Shown piece after piece: positions 11,684-23,628 of a stretch of DNA of 64,000 nt. A program made the translations under genes and the position numbers. This stretch comes from Raillietiella orientalis (lineage: Eukaryota). The DNA is taken from assembly GCA_036172245.1 (NCBI GenBank), contig JAYWIR010000014.1:620001-684000 (forward strand), written 5' to 3'. Under the pieces are notes generated by a model, which saw only the letters and a program-made list of their open reading frames with translations, searched no databases and was not told the DNA's origin. Within the stretch, counting starts at the first letter, position 1. Every line of letters begins with the position of its first letter.

Positions 11684-14600
11684 GAACTGGTCGCAGGAGG
11701 GCCAGGAAAGAATTTTTCCTTGCCCTCCATCGCGACTGGTTGACCGAGGCAGGCGTGCGGAATGCCCATCTGGTTGCAGGCGATTTTAACGTTCGTCTGA
11801 AACCGGATGGGCCGAATCACGAGCGGGACCTGGTCAACGAGGTGTGCGCGGAGGTGCACACTTGTAATTTGTTGGCCAGTGTACCAGGGATGGAGGACAA
11901 CATCGATCACGTGTTCCTTGACGAGCACCTGTGCACTCGTGTGGGCAGGCGCTGCAAGTTACCGTGCGAGCTGTCCGACCATCGACCAATCGTGATTGAA
12001 ATCCATCCGCGCGACAGGGGCCCCCCCTCGTCAGCGTGGCGTTTGCCAGGGGACTGGCTGAAGCTCCCGGACGCGACGGAACATCTCCGCACGTTTATAC
12101 GGAGCTTTAGGATGCAGACACTTAAGGATTGGGACCGCTTCAAACGGTCGGTCCAGGAGTTCTGCGACCAGTTCCCTCTGCACCGCCTACCTGCGGGATT
12201 TGGGGACGGGGTACGTAACGAACGAGCCTATCTGCAGGCTCGCCGTTACGCCAGGACCCCCGACATCCGCAGGCTGGCGGAATACAAAGCGGGAGCCGAG
12301 AGGCAAGCCTGGCAGTCAGGATCGGCCAGCTTGCTGGACGATCAGGGCCAGGAGCATTCGGCACCCGCTCAGATCCGCGGTCTGCTGCGGCGTTTTTACT
12401 CCTCCCTGTACGCAAGAACGCCTCCCGAGCGGAATTTCTCACGAATCCTGCTTCCGGAAGGCGCTCCTGCGATCGAGGAAGAGGAGAAAAAGTCCCTCGA
12501 CGAGCCTTTCACGATGGGCGAGATCATCTCGGCCATCGGAAAGCTCAAGAGGCGAAAGGCTCCAGGGGAGGACGGCCTGTCCGCGGAGTTTTATCAAACT
12601 TTCGCGGCTGAGCTAACCCCCCTGGTACATCAACTCACCTTGCTGATACGCGAGACAGGTGACGTTCCCGCCTCGTTTCGTTCGGCAAAGGTGCGGCTTC
12701 TCCCTAAGGGAGGAGATCTGAGGAGCATGAACAACTGGCGTCCCATCACAATAGTGAATGCGGATGCCAAGTTGATAGCTAAGGTTTGGGCTGAGCTCTT
12801 GGGACGGGTTGCAAACGCCTTCATCAGCCCGGAACAGACGTATGCTGTTCCGGGGCGAAGCATGGAGGCGAACCTGTTCCACGCTTCCACCTGGCTAGAG
12901 CTCCAACAAGAAAGGAGCTTGGTGCGCAGCCGGAATTCCGGTGCGTGCGCCGGCAAGGGGTCGGATGGTCGGGTGGGGGAGGGAGCCCTTGAGGTCGCAA
13001 TCGACTTGCGGAAAGCATTCGATTGCGTCGACCAGAATCTCCTTCTGGAGCTTCTGGAACGCTTGGGCTTCCCGGCCTCATTAGTGGCCTATCTGCGCTC
13101 CTGCTGGCGCGACGCGCTCATCAACGTTACTTTCAGCGGGCAGACCGTGCACGGCGTGCCGGTGCGGCGTGGGATCCGGCAGGGAGACAGCCTGAGCCCC
13201 TTGCTCTTCAGTACCTACTTTGAGTTGGTACTGAGAGCGTACAGGGGAACTCTGGCGCACCTGCCGCACGACTGTGCCGGTACGCCGGCCGTTTCAGCAT
13301 ACGCGGACGACCTTCTGCTGCTGCTCCCTATGTCCACCCCGGCTGCGGCGGTCGAGGAGTTCTTCGACCTGCTGCATCGGGGAACCGGACTTACGGTGAA
13401 CAGGGCGAAGTCGTCCGTGATGCCAGTTGGTGCGGCGTGGGCAGGGCAGCAGGACTGGGTCCGTTTGGGGATCCCCACGGTGAGGTACTTCAAGTACCTT
13501 GGTGTGCCGTTGGGGGACTACTCCCCTGAGGAAGCGTGGTCCTGCTGACTCCAAAAAGTAGAGACGGCGATCGGCCCGTTCCGAGGCGGCAGGTTTTTCC
13601 TGCCTGAACGGGCCGCGGTTTGGAACACGTTCGCGGCTCCTCTCCTCCGCCCCCTGCTTTTTGTTTGCCCCCCCACAGAGAGAATTAAAAAGCGGACAAA
13701 GGACTTCCTCCGTATCGCCCTTTGGGGCAACGGAAGGGTCCGAGTCCGCTTAAAGGACTTGTGCGCTCCTCGTCGGGACGGTGGTCTGGGCCTCCTGACG
13801 CTGGAGCGGCTGGAGCTTCAGCTCCAGTTCCGATTGTCGGCACTGGTTCCAGAGTTGTGGTGCACCTGTTGCTGCGTCCCTGCACGTCTCCTTCTCCAGC
13901 AAGCCACCGGCAAGACGGGACTGACGTCGTTTCTTGCACTCCGTCGCCGCGTCAACCGATGCGGACTCCAGCTACGGAGGGTGGCTGCGCTGTACCGGAA
14001 AAACCCAGGATTGCTCACCTGTCGCCCTTTGAACGGTAGTGCCTGGTTGCAGGAAACCGTTCGAACGCGGGGACAGTTCGGCATGCAACGCTCCCAACAG
14101 GAACGAAGGTTCCTGTTTGGGGGTTACAGAAGTTGCACGCTACGCGAGATCCTGGAGGATCCAAAGAAGAGAGCGTGGGCAGGAAGAACCCCCCTCGCTG
14201 CTGCGCTGCCCTCCCTGATGGAAGATCTGGACAGCGATGTTGCGGCGAAGTGGGAGGTTACAGTAAAAATCTCCGGAAAGGAGAAGATAGGAGAGTGGAA
14301 GACGGGCCAGTTAACAGACGCTGCGTCCCCGAGTACGCCTCCCAATGGACTTCTGCGCTGGGGCGCGCTGCTCGATGTTCCCATTGAACATCTGAAGTGG
14401 CCCCCGGTGCTCATGAACACTTCCACCCTCCCCTTAAAATGGCAGGAGTCGGCTCTCCTGTTGCAGCACTGGGGACTCCCCTGCAACGCCCGCCGACACC
14501 ACTGGACCTGGGGAGCGGTGGACCCCAATTGCGTCAGGTCTGGGGAACAGGAGTCCCTCCCCCACCTGCTAGTGGATTGTGTTGCCCTTCGGCCCCTTTG

Positions 14601-15114
14601 GTTTCGCTTTGCCGCGGCCAGCGGAATCCCCTGCGGCAACCCCAGGGACGCACTGAAAGCCCTCTTCGTTGCCGACGCCCTTCGGCCAGCGGCCTCGTTA
14701 GCAGCTCTGTGCTGCCTTCGCGGGATCGTCGTCGCCTGGAGCAAGGCTACGGGAGGACCACACGACCAGGGTGCCATCCAGCCAGCTTCCCAGTTCCTGA
14801 GGAGGGCGTCGCGATGGCCCCACCTGGATCCAAGCATGCAGCAAGAGCTTGCCGGCATCCTGCAAAGGATGCAACGGCCCCACCAGCAACTGTGATACCT
14901 TCCCATACCCTCCCAGTTTTTTCTTTTCTTTTTGTTTTGTTTTTTTGTTTTTCCGCCTTCCCCCTGCTGCCGTGGTGGACCGTACCGGTCTGCGAACCGG
15001 TGACCCGGCAGGCTCTGTGTTTCTTCGTGCGTGGCTGGAGCAATGGTCCAGCCACTGCACGTCTTTGTAAATGTTTATTTTAGAATAAACGCCCCGGCGA
15101 AATCCGGGTGAAAA
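11684..15114 (+). mobile_element. Young 5'-truncated Tx1-like element (copy D): partial APE, RT, zinc finger and 3' UTR, with an 11-bp TSD
   Basis: GDFN, IDH, SDH, APGEDG, NWRPI, DLRKAFD, QGDSLSP, YADD and KYLG are in one frame to the stop at 14895, broken only by TGA at 13546. TSD TCGAACGCCTT at 11673-11683 and 15115-15125. Confidence 0.95.
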
Positions 15115-15190
15115 TCGAACGCCTTCTGGAGATCGACCGCGATCGCTGGGGCTCCCTTCCCCTCCCCGGTGTCCCTTCCCAGCCCGGCAG
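15115..15190 (-). mobile_element. Upstream remainder of copy C, displaced by insertion of D
   Basis: Minus strand reads AGKGHRGGEG then PAIAVDLQKAF, which continues into C's KAFD at 11683. Confidence 0.85.
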
Positions 15191-15950
15191 GCGTGTGCGG
15201 CAGCTATAGAAGTGGAGGTCGTCTGCAATTGATCCATAAGCAAGGCACCGGAACCTCGTGCCGCACGGGATGCCTCCGTGGTGAAACATCAGGAGACAGT
15301 CTTTAATGTCCGGCGGCAGCGCGATTCTCCTGACCGTCCTAATAGCTGTGGGTCGAGAGCAGCATTTCCAAACTTGTTCCTCATCTTCCCCATGGCCTCC
15401 GCTGCGGTGACATCTTTCGGTATATTCAAGTTGCTAGTTGGGGCGTTCGCCACAGACCACTGCGTACCTTGGGTTTGCAGACCTCACGGGTGCTGTGGGT
15501 TCGTTGTTTGTAGGCAAGGACTTGCTGCGCGTGGAGGACTCCACTGTTGTAAAGTCTCTAGATTAGAAAATGCCCCTAAGCGCGAGGTTGTCCAACGAGA
15601 CATCGCCTTTCCTTGACTGGGGTGTGCCGCAAGAAGGGATGTCCTCGTGCAGAGTTGCACCCAGACTGGAGAAGCTTTCCCAACTTGATGATTTGGGCTT
15701 GCCGAATGTGAAGTCCGCAGACCTGACCTTGGATATTCCTCTCTCGAGCGTGCACTTTACTGCAATTCTTCCGGACGCGTGCCTCCCCGCTGTCCACTGC
15801 CAGGTTTGTTCCTCTTTCTGTCGGTCGACCTGGGTATGAAATCCTCGTGAGCCGGGGGAGCTTCTAACCCTTTTTTCACTATCGAACGCTACGTCCTTTG
15901 GAATGAAGCTTGCACTTCCGGATCCGGAGAGGTCAACAGTTCGAAGCAAC
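15190..15950 (-). mobile_element. F-family L1/Tx1 fragment (copy H)
   Basis: LPPDIKDCLLMFHHGGIPCGTR and IADDLHFYSCR align with F's PEIRNHL/DFHHGRILCG and IEEDLHLYTCQ. The 5' boundary is approximate. Confidence 0.7.
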
Positions 15951-15999
15951 TCAGCAGCGAAGTCACAGGTCCTTCGGGTGGAATGGGCTATTCCGTTGA

Positions 16000-18480
16000 T
16001 GTAGCAGCATGCAGGTATTTGTTAGTCGTTAATACAATTGTTTGCTAGCTGTTTGATGCTACTATTTATTGAAAAATTTCCACTCCAACACGTTGGTTAT
16101 TCCCAGCCATTCACTGTTCAGGAAAAAGGAAACTTCTCATGACATCCATGCGTTGCCAAGAGAGCAATTCGCAATCCATTCTTGCAATCGCTTTTGTATT
16201 AATCTACTGTTTGGTGACTCTGGTGAGAATTGTCCAACAACTAAAGATTTGTCCAACTATTCGTATGTTTCACTGAAAGCCATTACCGGGATCTTCTCCG
16301 ATCCGGGTTTTCTCCGATCAGAAGGTGAATTTGAAGCTCAGGCTCCTGCTCTATGCGAGTATTTCTTTCGCCTTTGACAAAGAAATCCGTGGGTGGGGGC
16401 ATCTAAAAGAGCGCTTAGAGAATTTTTGTAAATTTCTATGCTATTGGTTTACGGACTCCAAAGTGCTATTGGTGAACATTTTCTGGGATGGATTGATAAC
16501 CCAGCTTTCTGCCCGGAGTCGCGAAACAGATGCAAGTCCTCATGAAGTCGATCCTCTAGCTTTTCTGCCAACACCAGATCGTCTGCATACATCAGCATGG
16601 AGTTTCCTCCAAATGACTCTTCTATCTTCCGTAGAAGAGGTTCTACTTTCATGTTAAATTGCGGGAAGCTAAGTAGGCATCCTTGTTTATGCCCAACAAA
16701 CCTTCATGGCACTAGTGGTCTGAGATCCCTTTTGTGAATACGTGCATGCATCTGTATACGGGGGTTCTTGACGATGCTTTCGAAGATCTCTTCCAGTGTA
16801 CATGCTCTGATATGCCAGTGAAGCAGATCCTGAGATTGTTCTAAGCAGATTCTCCAAATCTATGAGTGAAATACATAGGTTCTGTGAAAATCTTGTAGTC
16901 ATATCGAGCCTGGTTTACAGACTCCGTCATATGGAAGGAATCCCTCCTGCTGCAGGTAGGAAGTGGTTGTCAATGAGATGTTCTCTCAATCTTCTAGAAA
17001 GGCATTTCGTAAAGAGATAATAAGTACAATCTGAAATACCACTGTTCTCTTCCCCATACTTGTTTCTGACGCTGAAGATGCATGGAACTCTTCTAATGTA
17101 TTGGAATTTTTCTAAGCCTGAGGCATATGTCAAAGATTTTTGCTAACATTGCTCATTCCGGATCCACCTATTCCAGGCATTATAGAGATTATATCAGATT
17201 ATCATTATATGTTAAACAGATATTAAACAGATCTGGGGAATAACAACGCGACTTGGTCTGCCTGGAATGGTGTAAGATCAACTGAGAAGAATAGGTTGCT
17301 CCTTCCTATCTTGCATCTAGTTTCGAGGGAATTGTGGGTGCTTCTTTTTCGAACTTATTAACAGAGTGTTCTTCCACTTCCGCAACAGGAAACGTCCAAT
17401 TCCTATCCGTTAGCCTCAGGATCGCTCTCACTGCCCTTCGTCAGCTAATCCGGTGTAGCCTTTGTATTTACTGCGATTCCTCTTTTTATTTTCCTGGGCG
17501 GTTTTACTTCAGGGACATCGCGAGATTTTCCTTGATTGAGACAGTTCGTGTTCGGAGTTGTTCCAACATAGGTTCTATGAGCTGTTGAACTCTTAAAATT
17601 TGATTCTTCGTTTACAAACTGATGTGACTGGACCCTTTATTCCAGGTTTCCGCTTTGGTTTCTTCCATTTTCCTTCAATTATACCTGGCTTTACTACGAG
17701 TGACCGTTGTGAAACTTTCTTGTTCTTTTTTAGTTTTGGTTGCTTTAGCATTTATCACCTAGGATGCACACTTTGGCCCACTGGATAATGTGCATCCTAG
17801 ATAGATCACATTTATTCCTTTCTCTCGAACGCCATGACTTTATTCCTTCAGTTGCATGCTTGATCTGTCTTGATCCGACCCATTTCACATATATCTCTGC
17901 TCCCTGCGGTTGCCATGATCCAGTTTGCTTCCTCTGAGGATGTCCAGTAGATCATGCAGTGCCTTTCATAAAATAGTGGCAGACTCTATGGGCCTTCAAT
18001 TAGTCAAAAATATCGGATTTCGCACTTTCCGCTGTTCCTGGTTCCTCCTTCTTAATAAGTCAAAAATTTCCTCTTATGCCCATATTAACGGACAGCTCGT
18101 TCAATTTCCTCCAAATCTTCATCGAGTGATTTTATCAGGATTGCCAAATGCAAGTCTAGCAATTCTGATATCACCGTGTTCTCTCTAGAACCATGGTCTT
18201 CATTCGCATAACCCTATGTATAATTCTACAATGCCTTCCTGTTGGCAAATCTCATGTTGCATTCTGGCCTTGAGTTAAGACAGAGTTGAGGACTATACTT
18301 ATACTAAGAGTTGAGGACACGCTCATGACTAGAGTACTTTCCGCTTGTGCTGTATATCTCACATACTCTGTATCTGTCTCAATTAATTTCATGTACCCAT
18401 TTGATGTGCAGTCCACTCACCTCTGCAAACTTTGAAACGAAAAGGTAGAAATAGTAGATCATTGCCTACGGAACAGATTG
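16000..18480 (-). mobile_element. Heavily decayed non-LTR retrotransposon, probably RLE-type (R2/NeSL-like)
   Basis: GIKQGCLLSFPQFNMKVEPLLR (~16693-16630) and MYADDLVL (YADD 16589-16578). Possible N-terminal C2H2 remnant GLHIKWVH near 18400. Confidence 0.65.
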
Positions 18481-18499
18481 TTTGCATGGTGGACGTGCA

Positions 18500-19300
18500 T
18501 TCTTATGGGGCAGGCTTCATGCGATGCCACACTGGCTTCGCAAATATGGATCCAAGCTATCAGATGTCATCTCAGGTGCTGGCATTCCTATGTGCCTGCC
18601 TCACATAAGCCAACGGATAAGGAAAGGAATTTGTTGGATAAGCGACCCGACAGCAACAGTCGCTAAAACCAATGCCACTCTTCCTCCAGAACAGCGGGAG
18701 ACCAGATTCCTTCGGTTCACAGTGTACTACACGGATCTTAGCTGTTTGAGAGCCTCCGAAGAGTCTTGGGAATATGCAAGAAAAGTCTTGGAGACACGAG
18801 CTTCTATCTGGAGAAAGAATCTATGTTTTCCCAAAGAGGAGGCTCGGAGAGTTCCCTACACACCTCGAAAACAGAGTTGCTGCATTCTATGTTCTCTCTT
18901 GGGCATGTCTATCCGGACCAGCATCCTTCAGAACAATCCTAAGGGTTTACGGGGGTACCCTTGATTCCAAGAGTGAGGGAATGATCTACCTTCGCGGTCA
19001 CCCGGGCTCACATTGAGATCCCTGCTGCGCTACGGCAAACGCGTAACTGTGGGACATTTGGACAGCAAAGCTGCTGCCCTATCAGCTCACGTCTCTTCAA
19101 TCTTATCCCTTCTCTATGCATCAACTATGGAAGGTTCCCCATTTCCCTTATCAGAGTCAATTTCTGAGCGTATATCGATGCTTTCTCTCGTACCATCTCC
19201 ATCCAAGAAGCCCTCCTAACCCTTTATCAGCTTATCTTGTCTATCTCAAACATCACGTTCCATCGAAACCATCCGTTCTCACTCGCCATGAAGACGCGCA
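18500..19300 (+). mobile_element. Possible decayed L1/Tx1 post-RT fragment
   Basis: Only weak motif resemblance (TRFLRFTV ~ KYLGI; KSWRHELLSGER ~ W..LS..GR), across several frames. Confidence 0.3.
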
Positions 19301-20989
19301 AGAGCTCCAAGCAGCGAGTCTTTTCAAAGATTCAGCACGCGACGAGCTCTTTATCGGCGTATTGCAAAAGCACACCGAATTCCGAAATAAAATTGGAACT
19401 GAGAAAACATTGAATTTCGTTTTCAAAGACACACAGAAAGGAAGAAATTGAAGTTCCAGACTTCGGCTGAAGGCATTCAAGAGGAAGGTCTCACCTAGGG
19501 AAATAGGCTAGGAGGAAAAGCAAGCAGTTCCTTCCATAAAAACGAAAGATGAACAAAGTCTGAGGAGTCGATTTCTTTCTGGACGCTCCTTGACCCGAAG
19601 ATAGCCATGTGCTTCGACGGATCCTTTGTCAGCCATAGGTAACAAAGAAATTTGAGCAATTTGCATCTCGACGTGCGTTCCACCCATTTTTCTGATTGTA
19701 TTCCCTCTCATCAGGATTTACATATTACAGGACTACCACTTCTTGATCTACCACGCTTGCACAGGTTGCTTTGCATAGCTTTCCGTCTTTTCCGATCGTC
19801 TTTTTTGCTGTCTGTGCATACCGCCTCTAGTCTTTGCAAATACCATTTCTACTTTGTTCTCTGGAAGGTCGCAAGCTCATCTGCAAACGACAAAGAAACG
19901 TCCTTAGCTCTCTGATGAGGTGGAAGGTGGCTTGTTCGTGATATCCATGCCCGCACCTGGCGTGATGGCTCCGAGCACGTCGTGCAATGAGGACTCATGT
20001 GTCGAACTGAGCCGGAAGTAATTTATGGAGTATTTTCTTTTTCGTTCAGAATGGAATCGTTGTTTACTGGGAAGCGCTCTTCAATTTACAAAAATTATTT
20101 TCTGATTCACAGCTTACACACAGCGAAACTTACATTTCAAGGCAAATACCTATATGGTTTACTCATCTTAATAATTACATGGTTTTAGGTTAACGAATTT
20201 ACTTAATAGTATTCTACTGAGCACATATGAATGCATGTTCCACAATTCAGTCTCCAGTTTAAGAAAAAAGAATTAGTTCACCTTACAGTCCTCTTTATTC
20301 TTATCTGTAGGAAACCATAAAACAGAAGTTCTTTTAGTTTGTAAAAGCCCATGTTGCTTAAATGAAATTGTGCTGTTACTTTCAACTTTCTTCTGACTGA
20401 TTCAGGTTTCAAACAGTACCCTGAGTGAATCAGATTATTTTCCTATGCTATAAGATAATTTCCGAACATCAAAATGACATAATACCAAAAGTACTGAAAT
20501 AAACTAAATGACAGGCAGAACGAAAAACAAAAACTTCATGTTAGCATAAACTAAAATTCATAGAGGCCATGTAATGATTAATTCAATCCATCTAAACACA
20601 TTCTTTTAACAACTTTCGCAAAGCATTTACCCAACCTCGAGTGTTTCATAAAGTTTTATCATATAGATGTCTCTCAACCTTGCTCAATGCATCTTTTAAT
20701 CACCTGCGTCTTTCCTTTGACAATTGCAATCTTTTGACAAAATATTGCAATTTAAGTTGTTGCTTAGTACAAAGTTGATATGGGGATCATGGGTACATGG
20801 ATATTTATTATGCATCTTTAAAGTGGCAAAAAATCTGAGTCCCCCATTCACCTGGAAATTTGCACAAAACTCACAAAAGGATTTCAAAGGATTCACAGCA
20901 GCTGTAGATAGCACACAAAAAAACTCCTTCATATGAGCAAAGCATATGAATTTCAGTTTCAGCAGCTAGTCAGAATTTGAGATTGCAGA

Positions 20990-23628
20990 TTACAGTTTGG
21001 AAACTTCATGGAGATAGGCAGCAAAGAGCTTAGTCTGTACTGACAATTAGCATTCAACAACACTCCTCTTTTCACTTACCCCTTCGATATAATTGCGAAC
21101 ATCAATTTTTTCATTTTGAGAGTGTGCACCATCATCTCCTGAACCCATTGGAAGCAGCAAAACACTTGTACCTGTAGCATCTTGCAAAGATACTGTGATG
21201 GGAATTGATCCTCCCTCTCTGATTAAGTCTGGGTCCTCATTATATACAAGCTTTGTTGCTTTTTTCCCTGCTTCAAAATGAGGATGAAAGGGATCTGTGT
21301 ACCAGTAACGACCTTTATGGAACAAGAAAACCTGAGCCACAAATTTATTAATTTCTTGAGCCTGAAGACACTGACTTTCATTTTGTTAGGGCTGCCTCTC
21401 TCTTCCCACTTCTTCTGCAGATATTCAACAACCAATTGCTCCACACAATCAGCATCCATATTGGGGACAGTGCGTATGGAGAACTTGCCTGATACAAAGC
21501 GGGGAATCACAGTTTTGGCACCTCCTTTACTGAATGCCCCTTCAATACCATGGATGGAAAGACTAGGATAACGCCAACGACTCATCAGATTAGTAACCTA
21601 CTGGAGAGATATCTTAACATGCCATGTGAAAAAAGCATACTTTATCAGCACTGCGCAGGTGATGTGCACCAACTGTCTTTTGGTAATGACTAAGATCATA
21701 ATCAATTTTAGCATATAATTCTTTTTCTTTGTCAGTAAGGTTTGCAACATCACTTAACAGTCCAGGAATAAGAATATTGCCCTGAGCATCTAATAATGTA
21801 TTCAGCAGATAGATAAGATCTGGTAAGGCTTCATGACTGACAACAATCTTGGAATGTGATGTTAATTCATCATACTTACACAGCACCACCATGAACACCA
21901 CTGTGGAGATCCTGAGAGGAGCATTCTACTTCAATGTGGAAATAGCAAAGACCACGCAATCCATATGTAAGAGCAGGTTTGCTGGTACCAAGCCAGTAAT
22001 TATCTGAGATGCAGACATAATCCACATTGCTGAAAAATGAATCCTTGCGCTCCTGAATCAAGTCATCTAAACCTTCACTACCAGATTCTTCCATGGCTTC
22101 AAAACAAAACTAAGAATTGTGTTACAAACCATCTTCTATTTAATATTAAGGTGTACCTTCAGATTAACAGGAATGTCAACTCCAAGAGCTTGATAAGCTT
22201 CAATTGCATGAATCCATCCCAAAACAGGACCCTTATCATCTGTTGCTCCCCTGCCATACAACCGTCCATTCTTTTCAGTCAGCACAAAAGGATCTGTATC
22301 CCATTTGTCTTCTTCCTGATTATTATGGATGCTTTAGCATTCTCATTCCAACATAGAAATACCATAGATGCTGGCTGCACATCCAAATGACCATAAATAA
22401 GAACAGTTTTCTTATCTGGATTATTTCCCAAAGCACCTAGCAACACTGGAGGCAAGTGTAGAGATGACCCATCAGGCAGTGTCTTAAATAATAATAAGAA
22501 ATCAGAAATTCTCCTAGGGAAATAATCCAGAATAAATCCAGATAATGCATCTCTACACTCTACATCTCTACAAACCAAGCAATTTTCTAAAGTCAGGCAA
22601 GCATACAGATTTCACAACTTGATTTAGTTTTCTGATAGAAATCACCCAATTTGATAAGATGACGTTCTCATCAAATGTTCAGGTAACATGGCTCCTTGGA
22701 ATTGTCATAAACCACAGCCTGTTCACAACCTGCTTTCAGGATCTTTTGTCTAAAGCCCCTGAGGAGTTTTCACTTTAGTTTGGTTAACTTAACGCCATGT
22801 TTCACTGAGTAGGTAATTCGGAAGCGATATTTGTGCTCACAAGTAGTGAAGACACTTCGATTACTAACCTTGTGATTCCTTGAAAAAACTTCTTTCCCTT
22901 ACACTGCACAATCTTACAAATCCAACATTTCCATTAGCAAATACTGATGCTTTCGCTAATAAATTAAGGAACATTTTCTTGGTACTGAACTGCCAAGAAA
23001 ATGTTACTGGTATTGCGCTGCCGTTTTCTCTCTATCTCTAATTCTCTCACTTCTTCTTCTGGAAATGTTTGCGACAACACCGAAATTCGCTCACTAATGA
23101 TCTGCCAAGCAGGAATGGGAATTCGGCGAACGTAAGCATAGCGTGACCGTGAAATTCCATTCAAATGAACCTTTCCACACAAATTCCATAATACCATATG
23201 TTTAGACCTTTTCTGCTCGCCACGGCTGAATGAGAAGTCAATTATGCTGACAAGGAAGTGCAATTACATGATAAGAACTAAGGTGTTTCTGCATAGCTTC
23301 CAGATCAACCTCCCCCTTCAAAGCTGCATAGAATTCGCAAGTTGCAATCTTCAAAAGTACAACTCCCATTTCACGAAGAACCTACTTGATTGCCTACATC
23401 ACACTGTTCGACTGTAGCTCCCAAATGCTTGAGCCGGGCGGTAGTCCATTCTACCATACGAATCGTCTCGCCTCGATACGATGGCCAGTTTGATACGGAC
23501 TTTATAGCAACTGCTTCTGCCAGGTTCTCTATATATTTGTCTTTGTTTTGTGCAATGTGACTGAAACGACAAACCATCTACACCCCTGCAATTAGCACTT
23601 ACTTGAATATGTCATTTAACTGCTTCAT
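20990..23628 (-). CDS. CNDP2: Cytosolic non-specific dipeptidase (peptidase M20A), multi-exon
   Basis: [104 protein letters not shown], ..YLHEVSKL*. Short introns plus one of ~0.9 kb. Confidence 0.95.

Noticed and set aside
13546..13548. Programmed readthrough or selenocysteine at D's in-frame TGA
   Set aside because: Sibling C has Arg here, so a point mutation is the simpler explanation.
14124..14906. Long antisense ORFs over the retroelements
   Set aside because: Expected shadows of GC-rich coding DNA, with no recognisable domains.
14967..15060. 3'-UTR hairpins as a twister or HDV-like ribozyme
   Set aside because: The required core nucleotides and pseudoknot pairings are not conserved among A, B and D.
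19895..19920. GAAAC-GTC..CTGATGAG hammerhead-like words
   Set aside because: No room for stem III and no stem I or II pairing.
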